Positions 33,617 to 44,178 of a stretch of DNA of 64,000 nt are shown one piece after another. This stretch comes from Polyangiales bacterium (GTDB lineage: Bacteria > Myxococcota_A > Polyangia > Polyangiales > Polyangiaceae), in contig JBBRNJ010000023.1 in NCBI GenBank assembly GCA_038230375.1, forward strand, positions 32,001 through 96,000, written 5' to 3'. The notes beneath the pieces were generated by a model. The model did not search any database and was not told the DNA's origin. It saw nothing but the letters and a program-made list of their open reading frames with translations. The stretch's first letter is position 1; the number at the start of each line of letters is the position of its first letter. The position numbers and the translations under genes were made by a program.

Positions 33617-36600
33617 TCAGGTCGAGGAGAGCGCGAAGATCTTCTGGAACGTGAGCAGGAGCTCGATGTCGTTCGATTTGATCTGACCGCTGATGAACTC
33701 GGACGGGCCCGGCACGAACGCGTCGCGAACGATGCGCGTGAACAGCTCCGGGCTGGTCTTCAGAACGCAGTCGGCCGTGCCGCCTTCGGGTTTGCCCTGA
33801 CGGACCTCGCATTTCTCGCGGTCGCAGACCACCGTCCACTTGGCGTACGTGTCACTTCCGAGCGTGAAGTAGAAAGAGACGGGCTTCTCCACGCGCGTCT
33901 TGTCGAATTTCTGTTCGAGCTCGCCGAACAGCTCCACGAGCGGGTGCTCGCGCTTCTTCGCCGGCGGCGCCACGCTGTTCGGCGCAAGGCCATCCATCGC
34001 GCGGATGTCGAGCACGTCGCCGTCGCGGAGCGCAACGACCGCGCGGCGCGCGAGCTTCGCGACCTCACGCGAGGCATCGGCGGGCGTGAGGCCCTTCGTG
34101 AGCCTGCGCAGGTCCACCACGGAGAGCGGCGGCCCGATGCGCGCGAAGATGCGGCGCGACGTGGGGATGCGTGCGCCCTTCGGCATGGCCGCGCGCGTGC
34201 CGCCCAGGTACACGGGCAGGATGTCCACGCCGTTCGCGAGTGACAGGTGCCCGAGCAGCGGCTTGAACTCGTGGATCTCGCCGTCGGCGCTGCGCGTGCC
34301 TTCCGGGAAGATGAGCATGGTGTGGCCCTGCTCGAGGACCTCGCTTGCCTGGCGCTCGCTCGCGCGTAGACCGCCCTTGCGATCGAGCGCACGAAGGTTC
34401 GTCAGGTTCTCGAAGAACGTGCGCTTGAACGAGCCGCGCTCGAAGAAGTAGTCCTGCGCAGCGAGCGAGACGATGTCCTCGCCGTACTTGCCCAGCGCGT
34501 GCCGCACGAAGCCCATGTCCAGGTGGCTCGCGTGGTTGGCAATGACGATGGTCTGCCGGTTGTGCGGGATGAAGGTGCGGCCGTAGATCTCCGAGTCCAT
34601 CATCTGGCCGTAGAACATGTCCTGGATCATGCCGATGGCGCGCTTGCCAACGTCCTGGACCTCACGCGGGAACTCGATCGCGGGTGCCTCATCAGGCTTC
34701 TTTCGTCCCTCGATCGTGCGTGTGCGGCTCTCCTTCTTGTCGCGAATGGCCAGTGTCTCCACGTCCGCCACGGTGCGGCAGGCTGTGAGGTCATCGGGGT
34801 TCACGGTGCCGTACTTGGTCTCGAGCGCGGCGAGCAGCTCGGTGAGCGCGAGCGAGTCGAAGCCAAGGTCCTCGAGCAGGTTCGTGTGCGCGTTCACCTT
34901 GTCGATGGGCACGCCGCGGACCGCCGCGATCGCGTGGCGTACGTGCGAGACGCCGCTGGCGATCGAGTCGGGGCCGGTCTCACTGCGGGTGCTTGCGGCG
35001 ATGAGGCGTTCGAGGATCGCGCGCGCCTCGGGTCGCTTCACCTTGCGGGTGGCGGTGCGCGGAAGAGGTGCGTCATACAGCTTCACGACGCTGGGCTGCT
35101 TGCCCGCGGGGAGCTTGTTCAAGGACTCGCGGAGCACGCGCTCGGCGCGGGCCATGCGCGTGGTGCGATCCACGGTGTCGTCCGCGTCCGGCACGGCAAG
35201 GCACGCCAGGCGCTCGCCGCCGCCCGGGCTGGGGATGCCGATGAACGTGTACTCCGTGATGTGCTTCACGCCATTCACGAGCTTCTCGAGATCATCCGGG
35301 TAGAGGTTCTCGCCCGAGGACGTGACAACGACGTCCTTCGAGCGGCCGACTATGACGAGGCGCCCTTGCTTGTCGAGCTTGCCCAGATCGCCCGTGCGCA
35401 AGAAGCCGTCCTCCGTCATCACGGACTTCGTGGCCTCTTCGTCGGTGTAGCCGGACATGATGTTCGGTCCGCTGGCGAGCACCTCACCCACGCCGGTCGC
35501 GTCGGGCGAGTCGATCCTTATCTTCACGCCCGGGATCGGCTTGCCGACCTGGCCTGCCTTGGAGCCGGGCTTGGCGACGGTGAGCACTGGCCCAGCCTCG
35601 GTCAGGCCGTAGCCTTCGGCGAGCTTGAGGCCGAGGCCGCTGAAGAGCCGCTGCGTGTCGGGCGGGAGCGCCGCGCCGCCAGAGATGAGCCACTTGACGT
35701 GACCGCCAAGGCCCTCGTGCACCTGCGAGAAGAGCGCGCGACCAAGGTCGATCCCGAGCGTCTTGTTCATCCAGGTGTTCACGTCGGTGCCAACGTTGAA
35801 CGCGCCCTCTGCGAACTTTCCGCGCGAGCGCACCTCGGACATGATGCGGCGCTCCAGGAGCTGCCACACCGCAGGGACGCCGACCATCGCCGTGATGCGG
35901 CCCTCTTTCAGGCCTTGCGTCACGCGGTCGCCAGTGAGCTCGCCCACGTAGACCACGCGCGCGCCGCGCGAGAACGGCAGCAGGAAGCCGCACGAGAACT
36001 CGAACGTGTGGTGGAGCGGAAGCACCGACAGCACGCGATCATTCGGGGTGAGCGGGAACAGCGGCGCGAGCGCGGCGATGAGCGACAGGAAGTTCTTGTG
36101 CGAGAGGCGCACGCCCTTCGGCCGACCCGTGGTGCCGCTGGTGAAGATGAGGCTCGCGATGTCCTCGCCCGTCAGCTCCACGCCGAGCGGGAGATCCTGG
36201 CCGTCGGCCTCGGTCTCCGTCTCGAGCGCGAGCACCGTGAGCGCCGGAAGGTCCTCCCGCACGCCATGGCCACCCTTCTTCTCCACGTGCTCGTCCCAGA
36301 AGGCGAAGCGGGCCGCGGCCTCGTTGACGATGTTTGTAAACTGCACGCTTTCCAGATCGCGATCCACCGGCACGGCCACGCCGCCCGCGGAGACGATGCC
36401 GAAGTACGCGATGGGCCACTCCGGGCGGCCAAGGCCGGACAGGATGACCGTGTCGCCCTTCTTGAGGCCGCGCGCGATCAACCTGCGCGCCGTGGCCTGC
36501 ACGCGCAGACGCACGTCGTTGAACGTGACGCGCGACAGGCCGTCCTCCTGCATCATCTGGAACGCGAGCGAGTGCGCGTGGCGCTCCGACATCTGCGTGA

Positions 36601-38317
36601 TGAGCGACGCGAGCGTCTCGTGTGCGCGCAGGGGCTTGGTCTCGCGCTTCCAGCGCTCCTCGAGCCAGGGGATGATCCGCTTCTCCATGGCCGGGAGATG
36701 CTTGTTCATGAAGTAGTCGGACCAGTCGACCTTCTCCGGATGCCATGGCAGCTCCGCCTGCTGCTCGGGCGAGAGGCGTGCATACGCGTTGCGCGTGTTG
36801 ACGCAGGAGAACGGGCCCTTCTGGTAGTACGTGAACGGCACGAAGAGCTGCTGGATCTCGTCGATCTTCGCGGCCGTTGCGCTGAACTTCTCCAGCTCGG
36901 AAGCCGCGCTCTTCGCGACCTTGCGCGCGGGGCCCGGCGTCTTGTGCAGCACGTTCGCGATCGATTTCGCGAACTTCGAGATCGCACCCGGACCCACCAG
37001 GTCGTAGCGCTCCTTGCTGACGGAGCTGGGCTCCATGTGGGCCTGGACGAAGTTCAGGAACGGGTTCCCCTTGCCCTGACGCAGGTAGTACTTCCGCTTG
37101 TAGATGCCCGTGAGCTCGATGAGGCGCTCCATGGTGATGGGCGACGTGTCCGAGCAGCCATACTGATAGACTGGCTTCGCGGTTCCCTCGAGCAGCTCCG
37201 CCAGCGTGAGCACCATGCCGGCGGCGACGATGTCCGACGGGATGAAGTCGAGGAGCACGTTGCGCCCCATCATCTGGTGCTGGCCCTTCATGCCCATGAA
37301 GATGAGCGGCGCGCTGGTGCCGATGCCTTCGTTCCAGGACGGGAAGGGGAAGTCCTCCGTGCTCTCGCAGCACGCAGGGCGCGCGATGACGTACGGGATG
37401 CCGGCGTTCGCGATGATCTGCTCGCCGATGCTCTTCGTGTACGTGTAGATGTTCGGCCAGCCCCAGTGCTCGGCGCGCTCGAGGCCCGCTTCCACGAGAC
37501 GGTCGCTCACGAACTTCCGCTTCACCGACTTGAGCTCGAGCTCGAGCGCCGGGCCACTGGTGGGCTCGCCGCGACGCAGCAGGTTCTTCTTGGCCTGCTC
37601 CTGGAACGTGCTCTGGCGGAATGCGTCGTCGCAGCGGTGACGCGCCTGCGCGATGAGGTCCAGGCAGTCCGCGATCTCGCGCTCAGCGCTCCAGAGGTTC
37701 GGATCCAGCTCGCCGGCGCGCGGGAACGGGAACGTACCCGGGCGGTCCTCCACGATCAGGCCGGTGCGATTGCCGACGACGTAGCAGGTGCTGGTGTGGA
37801 ACAGCGGCGCTTCGCCGAGCGAGCGCGCGAGCTCCACCAGGTTCTGCGCACCGAATGCGTTCGTGTCGAGCGCCTCGTCGAGCGGCGGGTTGAAGTCCAC
37901 GACACCGGCGACGTTGACCACCGCGTCGATCGTGCCCTTCTCGTTCTTGAGGAACGAAGGGTCGAGCCCGCAGTTCGGGCGACTCACGTCACCGTCGACG
38001 GGGACAACCTTCGAGCGAATGAACGCGTCGAAGCCCTCGCCGTACTTCTCGCGCAGCGGGAGCATCGCCTCGCTGGTGGTGATGTCAGCCCAGAAGCGCT
38101 GGTCGGAGGTCTGGGTCTTCGAGCTGCGGACCAGGAGGAAGATCTTCCCGATCTCCGGATAGCGATCGAGCAGCATCAACCAGAAGATCTTCCCGAGGAA
38201 GCCGGTGCCTCCCAGGATGAGCAGGCGCGCGCCTTCGAACATGACGTGCATGTCGAGCGGCTTCACTTGCGTGGTGGGGACGAAGGCAGCCGGCTTGGAC
38301 GTTCCGTTCTGGTGCAT
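33617..38317 (-). CDS. elbD: ElbD-like multifunctional lipid enzyme: fatty acyl reductase - adenylation - ACP - acyltransferase - SCP2
   Basis: GGTGFLG and YTYTK (FAR); FTSGTTGRPKG, GYGLTE, RTGD (A domain); LGFDSL (PP-binding Ser); NHASHLD, FPEGTRS (PlsC-type); C-terminal ADC......F......P...F.SG.IK (SCP2). Confidence 0.85.
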   Translation of the reverse strand: MHQNGTSKPAAFVPTTQVKPLDMHVMFEGARLLILGGTGFLGKIFWLMLLDRYPEIGKIFLLVRSSKTQTSDQRFWADITTSEAMLPLREKYGEGFDAFIRSKVVPVDGDVSRPNCGLDPSFLKNEKGTIDAVVNVAGVVDFNPPLDEALDTNAFGAQNLVELARSLGEAPLFHTSTCYVVGNRTGLIVEDRPGTFPFPRAGELDPNLWSAEREIADCLDLIAQARHRCDDAFRQSTFQEQAKKNLLRRGEPTSGPALELELKSVKRKFVSDRLVEAGLERAEHWGWPNIYTYTKSIGEQIIANAGIPYVIARPACCESTEDFPFPSWNEGIGTSAPLIFMGMKGQHQMMGRNVLLDFIPSDIVAAGMVLTLAELLEGTAKPVYQYGCSDTSPITMERLIELTGIYKRKYYLRQGKGNPFLNFVQAHMEPSSVSKERYDLVGPGAISKFAKSIANVLHKTPGPARKVAKSAASELEKFSATAAKIDEIQQLFVPFTYYQKGPFSCVNTRNAYARLSPEQQAELPWHPEKVDWSDYFMNKHLPAMEKRIIPWLEERWKRETKPLRAHETLASLITQMSERHAHSLAFQMMQEDGLSRVTFNDVRLRVQATARRLIARGLKKGDTVILSGLGRPEWPIAYFGIVSAGGVAVPVDRDLESVQFTNIVNEAAARFAFWDEHVEKKGGHGVREDLPALTVLALETETEADGQDLPLGVELTGEDIASLIFTSGTTGRPKGVRLSHKNFLSLIAALAPLFPLTPNDRVLSVLPLHHTFEFSCGFLLPFSRGARVVYVGELTGDRVTQGLKEGRITAMVGVPAVWQLLERRIMSEVRSRGKFAEGAFNVGTDVNTWMNKTLGIDLGRALFSQVHEGLGGHVKWLISGGAALPPDTQRLFSGLGLKLAEGYGLTEAGPVLTVAKPGSKAGQVGKPIPGVKIRIDSPDATGVGEVLASGPNIMSGYTDEEATKSVMTEDGFLRTGDLGKLDKQGRLVIVGRSKDVVVTSSGENLYPDDLEKLVNGVKHITEYTFIGIPSPGGGERLACLAVPDADDTVDRTTRMARAERVLRESLNKLPAGKQPSVVKLYDAPLPRTATRKVKRPEARAILERLIAASTRSETGPDSIASGVSHVRHAIAAVRGVPIDKVNAHTNLLEDLGFDSLALTELLAALETKYGTVNPDDLTACRTVADVETLAIRDKKESRTRTIEGRKKPDEAPAIEFPREVQDVGKRAIGMIQDMFYGQMMDSEIYGRTFIPHNRQTIVIANHASHLDMGFVRHALGKYGEDIVSLAAQDYFFERGSFKRTFFENLTNLRALDRKGGLRASERQASEVLEQGHTMLIFPEGTRSADGEIHEFKPLLGHLSLANGVDILPVYLGGTRAAMPKGARIPTSRRIFARIGPPLSVVDLRRLTKGLTPADASREVAKLARRAVVALRDGDVLDIRAMDGLAPNSVAPPAKKREHPLVELFGELEQKFDKTRVEKPVSFYFTLGSDTYAKWTVVCDREKCEVRQGKPEGGTADCVLKTSPELFTRIVRDAFVPGPSEFISGQIKSNDIELLLTFQKIFALSST

Positions 38318-38483
38318 GCAAACGCCGCTGCTCTTACCAGAAGAAAAGCCGCGCCCACAACGCTGCCTGGCCTTTCCGTGGCGTGCGGGCCGTCCTTCGC
38401 AGTGCGCGATTCGGCTGCGTAATTCGCTGCGCGGCTCAGCCGTGCCCGGCGTTCGCTGTCACAAATGGCGGAGAGGACGTAGA

Positions 38484-39044
38484 ATGCATGCAGATATCCC
38501 ATTGAAGAAGTGGTCGCTGCTCCCGGTTCTGCTGGGGCTCACCTGTTGCGGGGGCGCAGGAGTGCCCGCCTCTCCCCCGATCACGGTCACGGCGACCGCG
38601 CCCGAAAGCAGCGCCGCGCCACCGGCTGCCGGGCCAGATCTGACCGCGCCGGGCCCCGATGCCGGGGCGCCGGGTGAGCCTCCCGCTCCGCCTCCGCCGC
38701 CTCCGCCGCCCGAGGGGCAGGTGCGCGCGGGGCCAGTGACGGTGACGGGCAAGCTCGGGCCAGAAGAGATTCAGGGAAAGATGGCGGGGCACATGCCCAC
38801 GTTCACTGCCTGTCAGAAGGCAGCGCTCGCCGAGGGCGCGCCCGCAAGTGGAACGCTCCGGCTGCGCATCCTGATCGATCAGACCGGTCAGGTGTCCTCC
38901 GCGAACGTCACCGCGCCTTCCACATTGAAGAACGACAAGCTCGCGCGCTGCGTGCTGAAGGCCGTACGCGCCACCGCGTTCCCACGGCCCTCCCAGGGCA
39001 CCGTGGAGGCCACGTACTCGGTCGTGTTCTCGCAACAACCCTGA
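38484..39044 (+). CDS. Lipoprotein with AgmX/PglI C-terminal-like domain
   Basis: LLGLTCC; Pro-rich linker; G.L...I...G.V...L...CV......FP.P. Confidence 0.7.
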   Translation: MHADIPLKKWSLLPVLLGLTCCGGAGVPASPPITVTATAPESSAAPPAAGPDLTAPGPDAGAPGEPPAPPPPPPPPEGQVRAGPVTVTGKLGPEEIQGKMAGHMPTFTACQKAALAEGAPASGTLRLRILIDQTGQVSSANVTAPSTLKNDKLARCVLKAVRATAFPRPSQGTVEATYSVVFSQQP

Positions 39045-39081
39045 GCAAGAAGGGACGTGAGTGGTAATCTGCGTCGACCCC

Positions 39082-41214
39082 ATGGGGACGACGCACACGC
39101 GCGCTTGCAACCTGTGCGAGGCCATCTGCGGCCTCGTCATCGAGGAAGAGCACGGACGGGTCTCTTCGATCCGAGCGGACGCGAAGGACCCGCTGTCGCG
39201 CGGGCACATCTGTCCAAAGGCCATGGCGCTGAAGGACATCCACGAGGATCCGGACAGGCTCACGCTCCCGCGGCGCCGCACCGAGGCGGGCTGGGAGGAG
39301 CTGTCGTGGGACGACGCCCTCGACCTCACCGCGCAGAGGCTCCACGAGATCGCGAGCGCTCACGGACCCGACGCTGTGGCGACCTACCTGGGCAACCCGA
39401 ACGTGCACAACCTTGGGTCCATGACCCACGGCTCGCGCATGCTGGGGCCGCTGCGCACGAAGAACCGCTTCTCCGCGACGTCGGTCGATCAGCTTCCTCA
39501 CCAGCTGCTCGCGTACCTGATGTACGGGCACCAGCTGCTCGTGCCGATCCCGGACGTGGATCGCACGGACTACTTCCTGGTGCTTGGCGCCAATCCGCTC
39601 GCGTCCAACGGCTCACTCATGACAGTGCCGGATTTCCCCGGACGTATGAAGGAGCTCTATGCGCGCGGCGGCAAGATGGTCGTGCTGGATCCGCGCCGCA
39701 CCGAGACGGCGAAGGAGGCGACAGAGCACCACTTCATCAGGCCTGGCGCGGACGCGGCGTTCTTGCTCGCGCTGCTCTCCATCATCGTGGGCGAGGGCCT
39801 CGCGCGCCCCGGACCACTCGCCGCGATGACGACCGGCCTCGACGCCGCGCAGGACGCGCTCCGCGGATTGCCGCAGGCCGCGCTCATGGACGCGTGCGGC
39901 CTTGCACGTTCGACTGTGGAGCGCATCGCGCGGGAGCTCGCGTCCGCAAAGCGCGCTGCGGTGTATGGACGCATGGGTGTCTCGGTCACGCGATGGGGCA
40001 CGCTCTCGCAGTGGGCGATCCAGCTCCTCAACATCCTGACGGGCAATCTTGATCGTCCCGGAGGAGTGCTGTTCACGACACCCGCGATCGATCTGGTGCA
40101 CGGCCCTGCGTCACGTCCCGGCCACTTCGGCCGCTGGAAGAGCCGCGTGCGCGCCCTGCCGGAGTTTGCAGGCGAGCTGCCCGTGGCCGCGCTCGCGGAG
40201 GAGATCACGACGCCCGGCGACAGGCAGGTGCGCGCGCTCGTCACGGTGGCGGGCAATCCCGTGCTCTCCACGCCGAACGGCAAGAACCTCTCGCGCGCGC
40301 TCGACGGTCTGGCGTTCATGGCATCCGTGGATTTCTACGTGAACGAGACCACGCGTCACGCCCACGTGATCCTGCCGCCCACGTGCACGCTGGAGCACGA
40401 TCACTACGATCTGATCTTCCACGTGTTCGCGGTCCGCAACACAGCGCGGTACAGCCCCGCGCTGTTTCCGCGCGGAGAACACGCGCGGCACGACTTCGAG
40501 ATCTTCGAGGGCCTCGGGCAGCGTCTCGCGGCGAAGATGGGAAAGAGCTGGGAGCCGTTCCCGGACCCCACGCAGGTGGTCGATCTGGGCCTCCGCTTCG
40601 GACCCTACGGCGTGAGCCGCACCGACGGCGCGCCCCCGCTCGATCTCGAGTCGCTCTCCAGGGAGCCGCACGGTGTGGACCTGGGGCCCCTCATGCCAGG
40701 CCTTCCCGCGCGCCTCTTCCACGCCGACAAGAAGATCGTCGCGATGCCCGAGCTGCTCCGCGACGAGCTCCACCGCTTCACAGGCGAGGTCACGGAGAAC
40801 AGCGCGGGCGCCGAGCCAGTGAGGGCCGACTCGCTGTTGCTCATCGGGCGACGCCACGTGCGGTCGAACAACTCGTGGCTGCACAACGCTCAGCGCCTGA
40901 TGAAGGGACCCACGCGCCACGAGCTCCTCATGCACCCGGATGACGCGAGCACGCGTGGCCTCGCGAGCGGCGCGCGGGTGCGCGTTCGCTCACGCACCGG
41001 AGACGTCACGGTGGACATGCACACCACGGACGACATGATGAAGGGCGTGGTCAGCCTTCCGCATGGCTTCGGTCATGACCGTGCGGGCGCGCGCCTCTCC
41101 ATCGCGTCCGCCTATCCCGGCGCCAGCAACAACGACCTCACCGACGAGACCTCGCTCGACCTTTCCGGGAACGCCGCACTGAACGGTGTGCCCGTGACGG
41201 TCGAACCAGCGTAA
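39082..41214 (+). CDS. Molybdopterin-dependent oxidoreductase with 4Fe-4S cluster
   Basis: CNLCEAICG...ICPK; GANP..SNGS; RSNNSW; MHP.DA; C-terminal molybdopterin-binding domain. Confidence 0.93.
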   Translation: MGTTHTRACNLCEAICGLVIEEEHGRVSSIRADAKDPLSRGHICPKAMALKDIHEDPDRLTLPRRRTEAGWEELSWDDALDLTAQRLHEIASAHGPDAVATYLGNPNVHNLGSMTHGSRMLGPLRTKNRFSATSVDQLPHQLLAYLMYGHQLLVPIPDVDRTDYFLVLGANPLASNGSLMTVPDFPGRMKELYARGGKMVVLDPRRTETAKEATEHHFIRPGADAAFLLALLSIIVGEGLARPGPLAAMTTGLDAAQDALRGLPQAALMDACGLARSTVERIARELASAKRAAVYGRMGVSVTRWGTLSQWAIQLLNILTGNLDRPGGVLFTTPAIDLVHGPASRPGHFGRWKSRVRALPEFAGELPVAALAEEITTPGDRQVRALVTVAGNPVLSTPNGKNLSRALDGLAFMASVDFYVNETTRHAHVILPPTCTLEHDHYDLIFHVFAVRNTARYSPALFPRGEHARHDFEIFEGLGQRLAAKMGKSWEPFPDPTQVVDLGLRFGPYGVSRTDGAPPLDLESLSREPHGVDLGPLMPGLPARLFHADKKIVAMPELLRDELHRFTGEVTENSAGAEPVRADSLLLIGRRHVRSNNSWLHNAQRLMKGPTRHELLMHPDDASTRGLASGARVRVRSRTGDVTVDMHTTDDMMKGVVSLPHGFGHDRAGARLSIASAYPGASNNDLTDETSLDLSGNAALNGVPVTVEPA

Positions 41215-41238
41215 GAGCCGGTTCGACGAAAGCCCGCG

Positions 41239-42027
41239 TCAGCGCTCGATCGTGACGGACTCGATCGTGACGGGCTGGTTGGGCCGATCCGCCGCGCCAA
41301 CGGGCACATCCGCGATCGCGTGGAGGACGGTGAGCGGCTCGCACGAGCCGAAGATGGTGTACGCAGTCTTGCCGCGATCGAGATGCGGCGTGTTGGCGTC
41401 CGTGATGAAGAACTGCATGCCGTTCGTGTCCGGTCCGCGGTTCGCCATGCAGAGAAGGCCCGCGCGATCGTGCGTGGCGCCGGACCAGCGTTCGTCCTTG
41501 ATGGTGTAGCCAGGCTCTCCGGTGCCGGTGCCGGTTGGGTCGCCGCCCTGGATCATGAAGCCCTTGATGACCCGGTGGAACGAAGTGTTGTCGTACGCAG
41601 GCCGCAGGATCCACGCACCATCGGGGTTCTTCCACGGCCGCTTGCCGCGAGCGAGGCCGACGAAGTTCGCCACGGACTTCGGTGCATGCTCCGCGTCGAG
41701 CTTGCACGTCATCGCGCCCATGTTCGTCTTGATGGTCGCGGTCAGCTGCCCGGACCCGGGAAGACCAGCGGTGGCCTGCGAGAGAGAGAAGTGACCGTTC
41801 GCGGGATCACGTGTCGCGCCGGCGATCGTCGCATCGGTGAACTCAGGCCCGTCCGCAACCCTCGGCGTGTCCTTCTTCGTGGGCTCACCGCTGGCCACCG
41901 GCACGACGCCATCGCCCACGGCGGGCTCCGGCGCCGGCTCCACGATCGGTGCAGCGACTGGAGGAGGCTGAGCCTCGAGACATCCACCAAGAAGAACGGC
42001 AGCCGAAATGAAGAGGAAACGACGCAT
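41239..42027 (-). CDS. Cyclophilin-type peptidyl-prolyl isomerase (lipoprotein)
   Basis: FHRVIKGFMIQGGDP, MANRGPDTNG.QFFI; lipobox LGGC. Confidence 0.95.
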   Translation of the reverse strand: MRRFLFISAAVLLGGCLEAQPPPVAAPIVEPAPEPAVGDGVVPVASGEPTKKDTPRVADGPEFTDATIAGATRDPANGHFSLSQATAGLPGSGQLTATIKTNMGAMTCKLDAEHAPKSVANFVGLARGKRPWKNPDGAWILRPAYDNTSFHRVIKGFMIQGGDPTGTGTGEPGYTIKDERWSGATHDRAGLLCMANRGPDTNGMQFFITDANTPHLDRGKTAYTIFGSCEPLTVLHAIADVPVGAADRPNQPVTIESVTIER

Positions 42028-42053
42028 CGACGCAAACCTATCACCGTCGTCGA

Positions 42054-42105
42054 CGAAGTCGAAGTCGAAGTCGAAGTCGAAGTCGAGGTCGAGGGTCGAG
42101 GGTCG
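42054..42105. repeat. Intergenic (GTCGAA/GTCGAG)n repeat
   Basis: About 8 hexamer/heptamer units between the stop at 42106 and the cyclophilin promoter. Confidence 0.9.
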
Positions 42106-42801
42106 TCAGTTCTGGAAGCAGATCAGCGGCGCCTTCGCGTCGCAGTCGATCGGGCTCCCGCCTCCGCCCCAGCCCTGATCTTGCTGCGCGCTCGCCGTGC
42201 TGCCGACCGCCGTCGTCGCTGCGCTCCCCCAGCCGCCGCAGTCGTAGCCCGTCGGCTTCGCGCCCTCGTCGACGCCCGTCCACGGCGCGCTCTTGCCGGT
42301 CCACTGCGGGTAGTTGCCTGCCTCGTCCGACAAGAAGCCCTCCGGGACGGTGAGGAGGTTCGCGCGGTTCTTGAAGATCTCCTCGCCAAGGACGTTCGAC
42401 CACGGGCCCGTCGCCGTGAGGCGTGCAGTCGGGCTGGTCGTGCCGTCGGCGATCCACGCGACCCACGTGCCGCCGAGCTCCTTCGAGTCAGCGACGGTCT
42501 GGCAGTGCGCATCGGCGCCGGTCGCGCCGCCCATGTTGCCGTTGTAGACCGTCGACGTGACGAACACGCGGTGCCCCGTCGTCGTGGTCGTGCCGCCGCC
42601 GGTGGTTCCGCCGGAGCCAGTGCCGTTCCCGCTCGCGCCGCTGCCACCACCGGACGTGGTGCCGCCGCCGCTGCTCGGATCACCAGAGACGGTGCCGCCA
42701 CCACCGGACCGCTGCCCGGGCGAGGGGGTGGGCTCGCTCTTGATGTAGCAGCCAGCAAGAAGAGGAAGAACAAGGAGCGCAAAAGAGGTCGAGCGGTTCA
42801 T
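42106..42801 (-). CDS. DUF1554-like (endostatin/C-lectin-like) lipoprotein
   Basis: Lipobox LAGC; Gly/Thr linker; VFVTS...GNMGGATGADAHC...W.AW...WTG...C..W. Confidence 0.8.
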   Translation of the reverse strand: MNRSTSFALLVLPLLAGCYIKSEPTPSPGQRSGGGGTVSGDPSSGGGTTSGGGSGASGNGTGSGGTTGGGTTTTTGHRVFVTSTVYNGNMGGATGADAHCQTVADSKELGGTWVAWIADGTTSPTARLTATGPWSNVLGEEIFKNRANLLTVPEGFLSDEAGNYPQWTGKSAPWTGVDEGAKPTGYDCGGWGSAATTAVGSTASAQQDQGWGGGGSPIDCDAKAPLICFQN

Positions 42802-42817
42802 CGTGGTCGGCGCATTC

Positions 42818-42832
42818 GCAACCATCGTGCCA
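42818..42832 (-). promoter_or_regulatory. Sigma54 promoter consensus
   Basis: Minus strand TGGCAC-GATGG-TTGC, 16 nt before ATG 42801. Confidence 0.6.
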
Positions 42833-42917
42833 GCGGAATTCCTGCGCGATCCGCGCCTGATCTGGGCGCGCTGGTGGCAGTCGAGAACTGCGGTTCACGG
42901 CCGCGACCTTCCCGGGT

Positions 42918-44105
42918 TCACGCCGTGTCGAGGACGAACGAGACGGCGGCGCCACCGAGCACGAGCCACACGGACGCGACCTTGAAGCGAACATGGAGCA
43001 CAGCGGCGACGACGCCGATCGCAAGCGTCGGCCCATCGACAAGAGCCGCACGCGCCAGGCCAAGGGTGGCGACGATCATGAGTGAGACGGCAGCGACGTT
43101 GGCTCCGTCCAGGAACCCGGCGAGTATGGGTGAGCTGCGCATCCGCGCAAGCAGAGGACGCGTGACCGCCACCAGCACGAAGCCCGGGAAGAAGATGCCT
43201 ATCGTGGCGAGCGCCGCGCCCTTCGCCCCGAAGAGCAAGTAGCCAATGAACGTGGCGGTGGTGAAGACGGGCCCCGGCGTGAGCTGTCCAACGGCGACGG
43301 CATCGAGGAGCTGCGACTCCGTCAGCCAGTGTCGCGTGAGTACGAAGTCGCCTCGCAAGAATGCCACCAGGACGTAGCCACCGCCGAACGACACTGCGCC
43401 GATCTTGAGGAACGAGAGGAGCACGCCCATCGCGCTCGGTGCCGCGACCACGTCCGCGCCGCTCTCCATGCCGAGCGCCCGCGCTGCTCCGGTGAGCTCC
43501 AGCATCCACGCAGCACGTGCGTCCGGTCCTCTTCTTGTGAGCGCGCGCCACGCGATCGTCGCCATCCCCGAGGAGAGCAAGACGACGAGAGGCGAGACCC
43601 CACACCACGCTCCCGCCACCGCCGCCGCACCGACAAGGCCCAGAACCCACGATCGCTGCACTGCCTTCGGGAGCAGCTTGGCGATCGCGTACGCCACCAC
43701 CGCGATCACGACGGGCTTCACTCCTCGCAGAACACCGGCCAGCTCCGGCCGCGTGCCCCAATGTAGGTAACCCCACGCCAGTAGCCCCGTCAGAACGGCG
43801 GACGGCAAGATGAAGCAGACGCCGGCCACGACAAGGCCAGGGAGGCCCGCGCGCTCGAACCCGAGGAAGATCCCGAGCTCCGTCGAGCCCGGACCAGGGA
43901 TCAGGTTGGATGCGCCGAACAGATCGAGGAACCGCTCCGGCGTCACCCACCGTCGCTTGCGGACAAGCTCCTCCTCCATCATCGCGACGTGCACTGCTGG
44001 CCCGCCAAATGCAGTCAGCCCGAGGACCAAGAAGACCCTACCGACCTCGGCCAATACTGCGAGCTTGGAGGAGGTTGCCCCCTGTTCTGACGACACAAGT
44101 TTCAT
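42918..44105 (-). CDS. chrA: Chromate efflux transporter (long-chain CHR)
   Basis: Two halves with AFGGP / SFGGG, IPGP / TPGP and PSA / FFPG motifs. Confidence 0.93.
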   Translation of the reverse strand: MKLVSSEQGATSSKLAVLAEVGRVFLVLGLTAFGGPAVHVAMMEEELVRKRRWVTPERFLDLFGASNLIPGPGSTELGIFLGFERAGLPGLVVAGVCFILPSAVLTGLLAWGYLHWGTRPELAGVLRGVKPVVIAVVAYAIAKLLPKAVQRSWVLGLVGAAAVAGAWCGVSPLVVLLSSGMATIAWRALTRRGPDARAAWMLELTGAARALGMESGADVVAAPSAMGVLLSFLKIGAVSFGGGYVLVAFLRGDFVLTRHWLTESQLLDAVAVGQLTPGPVFTTATFIGYLLFGAKGAALATIGIFFPGFVLVAVTRPLLARMRSSPILAGFLDGANVAAVSLMIVATLGLARAALVDGPTLAIGVVAAVLHVRFKVASVWLVLGGAAVSFVLDTA

Positions 44106-44178
44106 GAACGCACGGGCCGAGACGCGCTACTCTTATCTACTGGTCTACTTCGACTCCGCCCACACCAAAGGAGGCTTG

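Noticed and set aside
34499..38422. 1307-aa plus-strand ORF, and similar long antisense ORFs such as 57272-59578, 49760-51583 and 41320-43242
   Set aside because: Shadow frames of real high-GC genes on the opposite strand; Arg/Ala-rich with no motifs.
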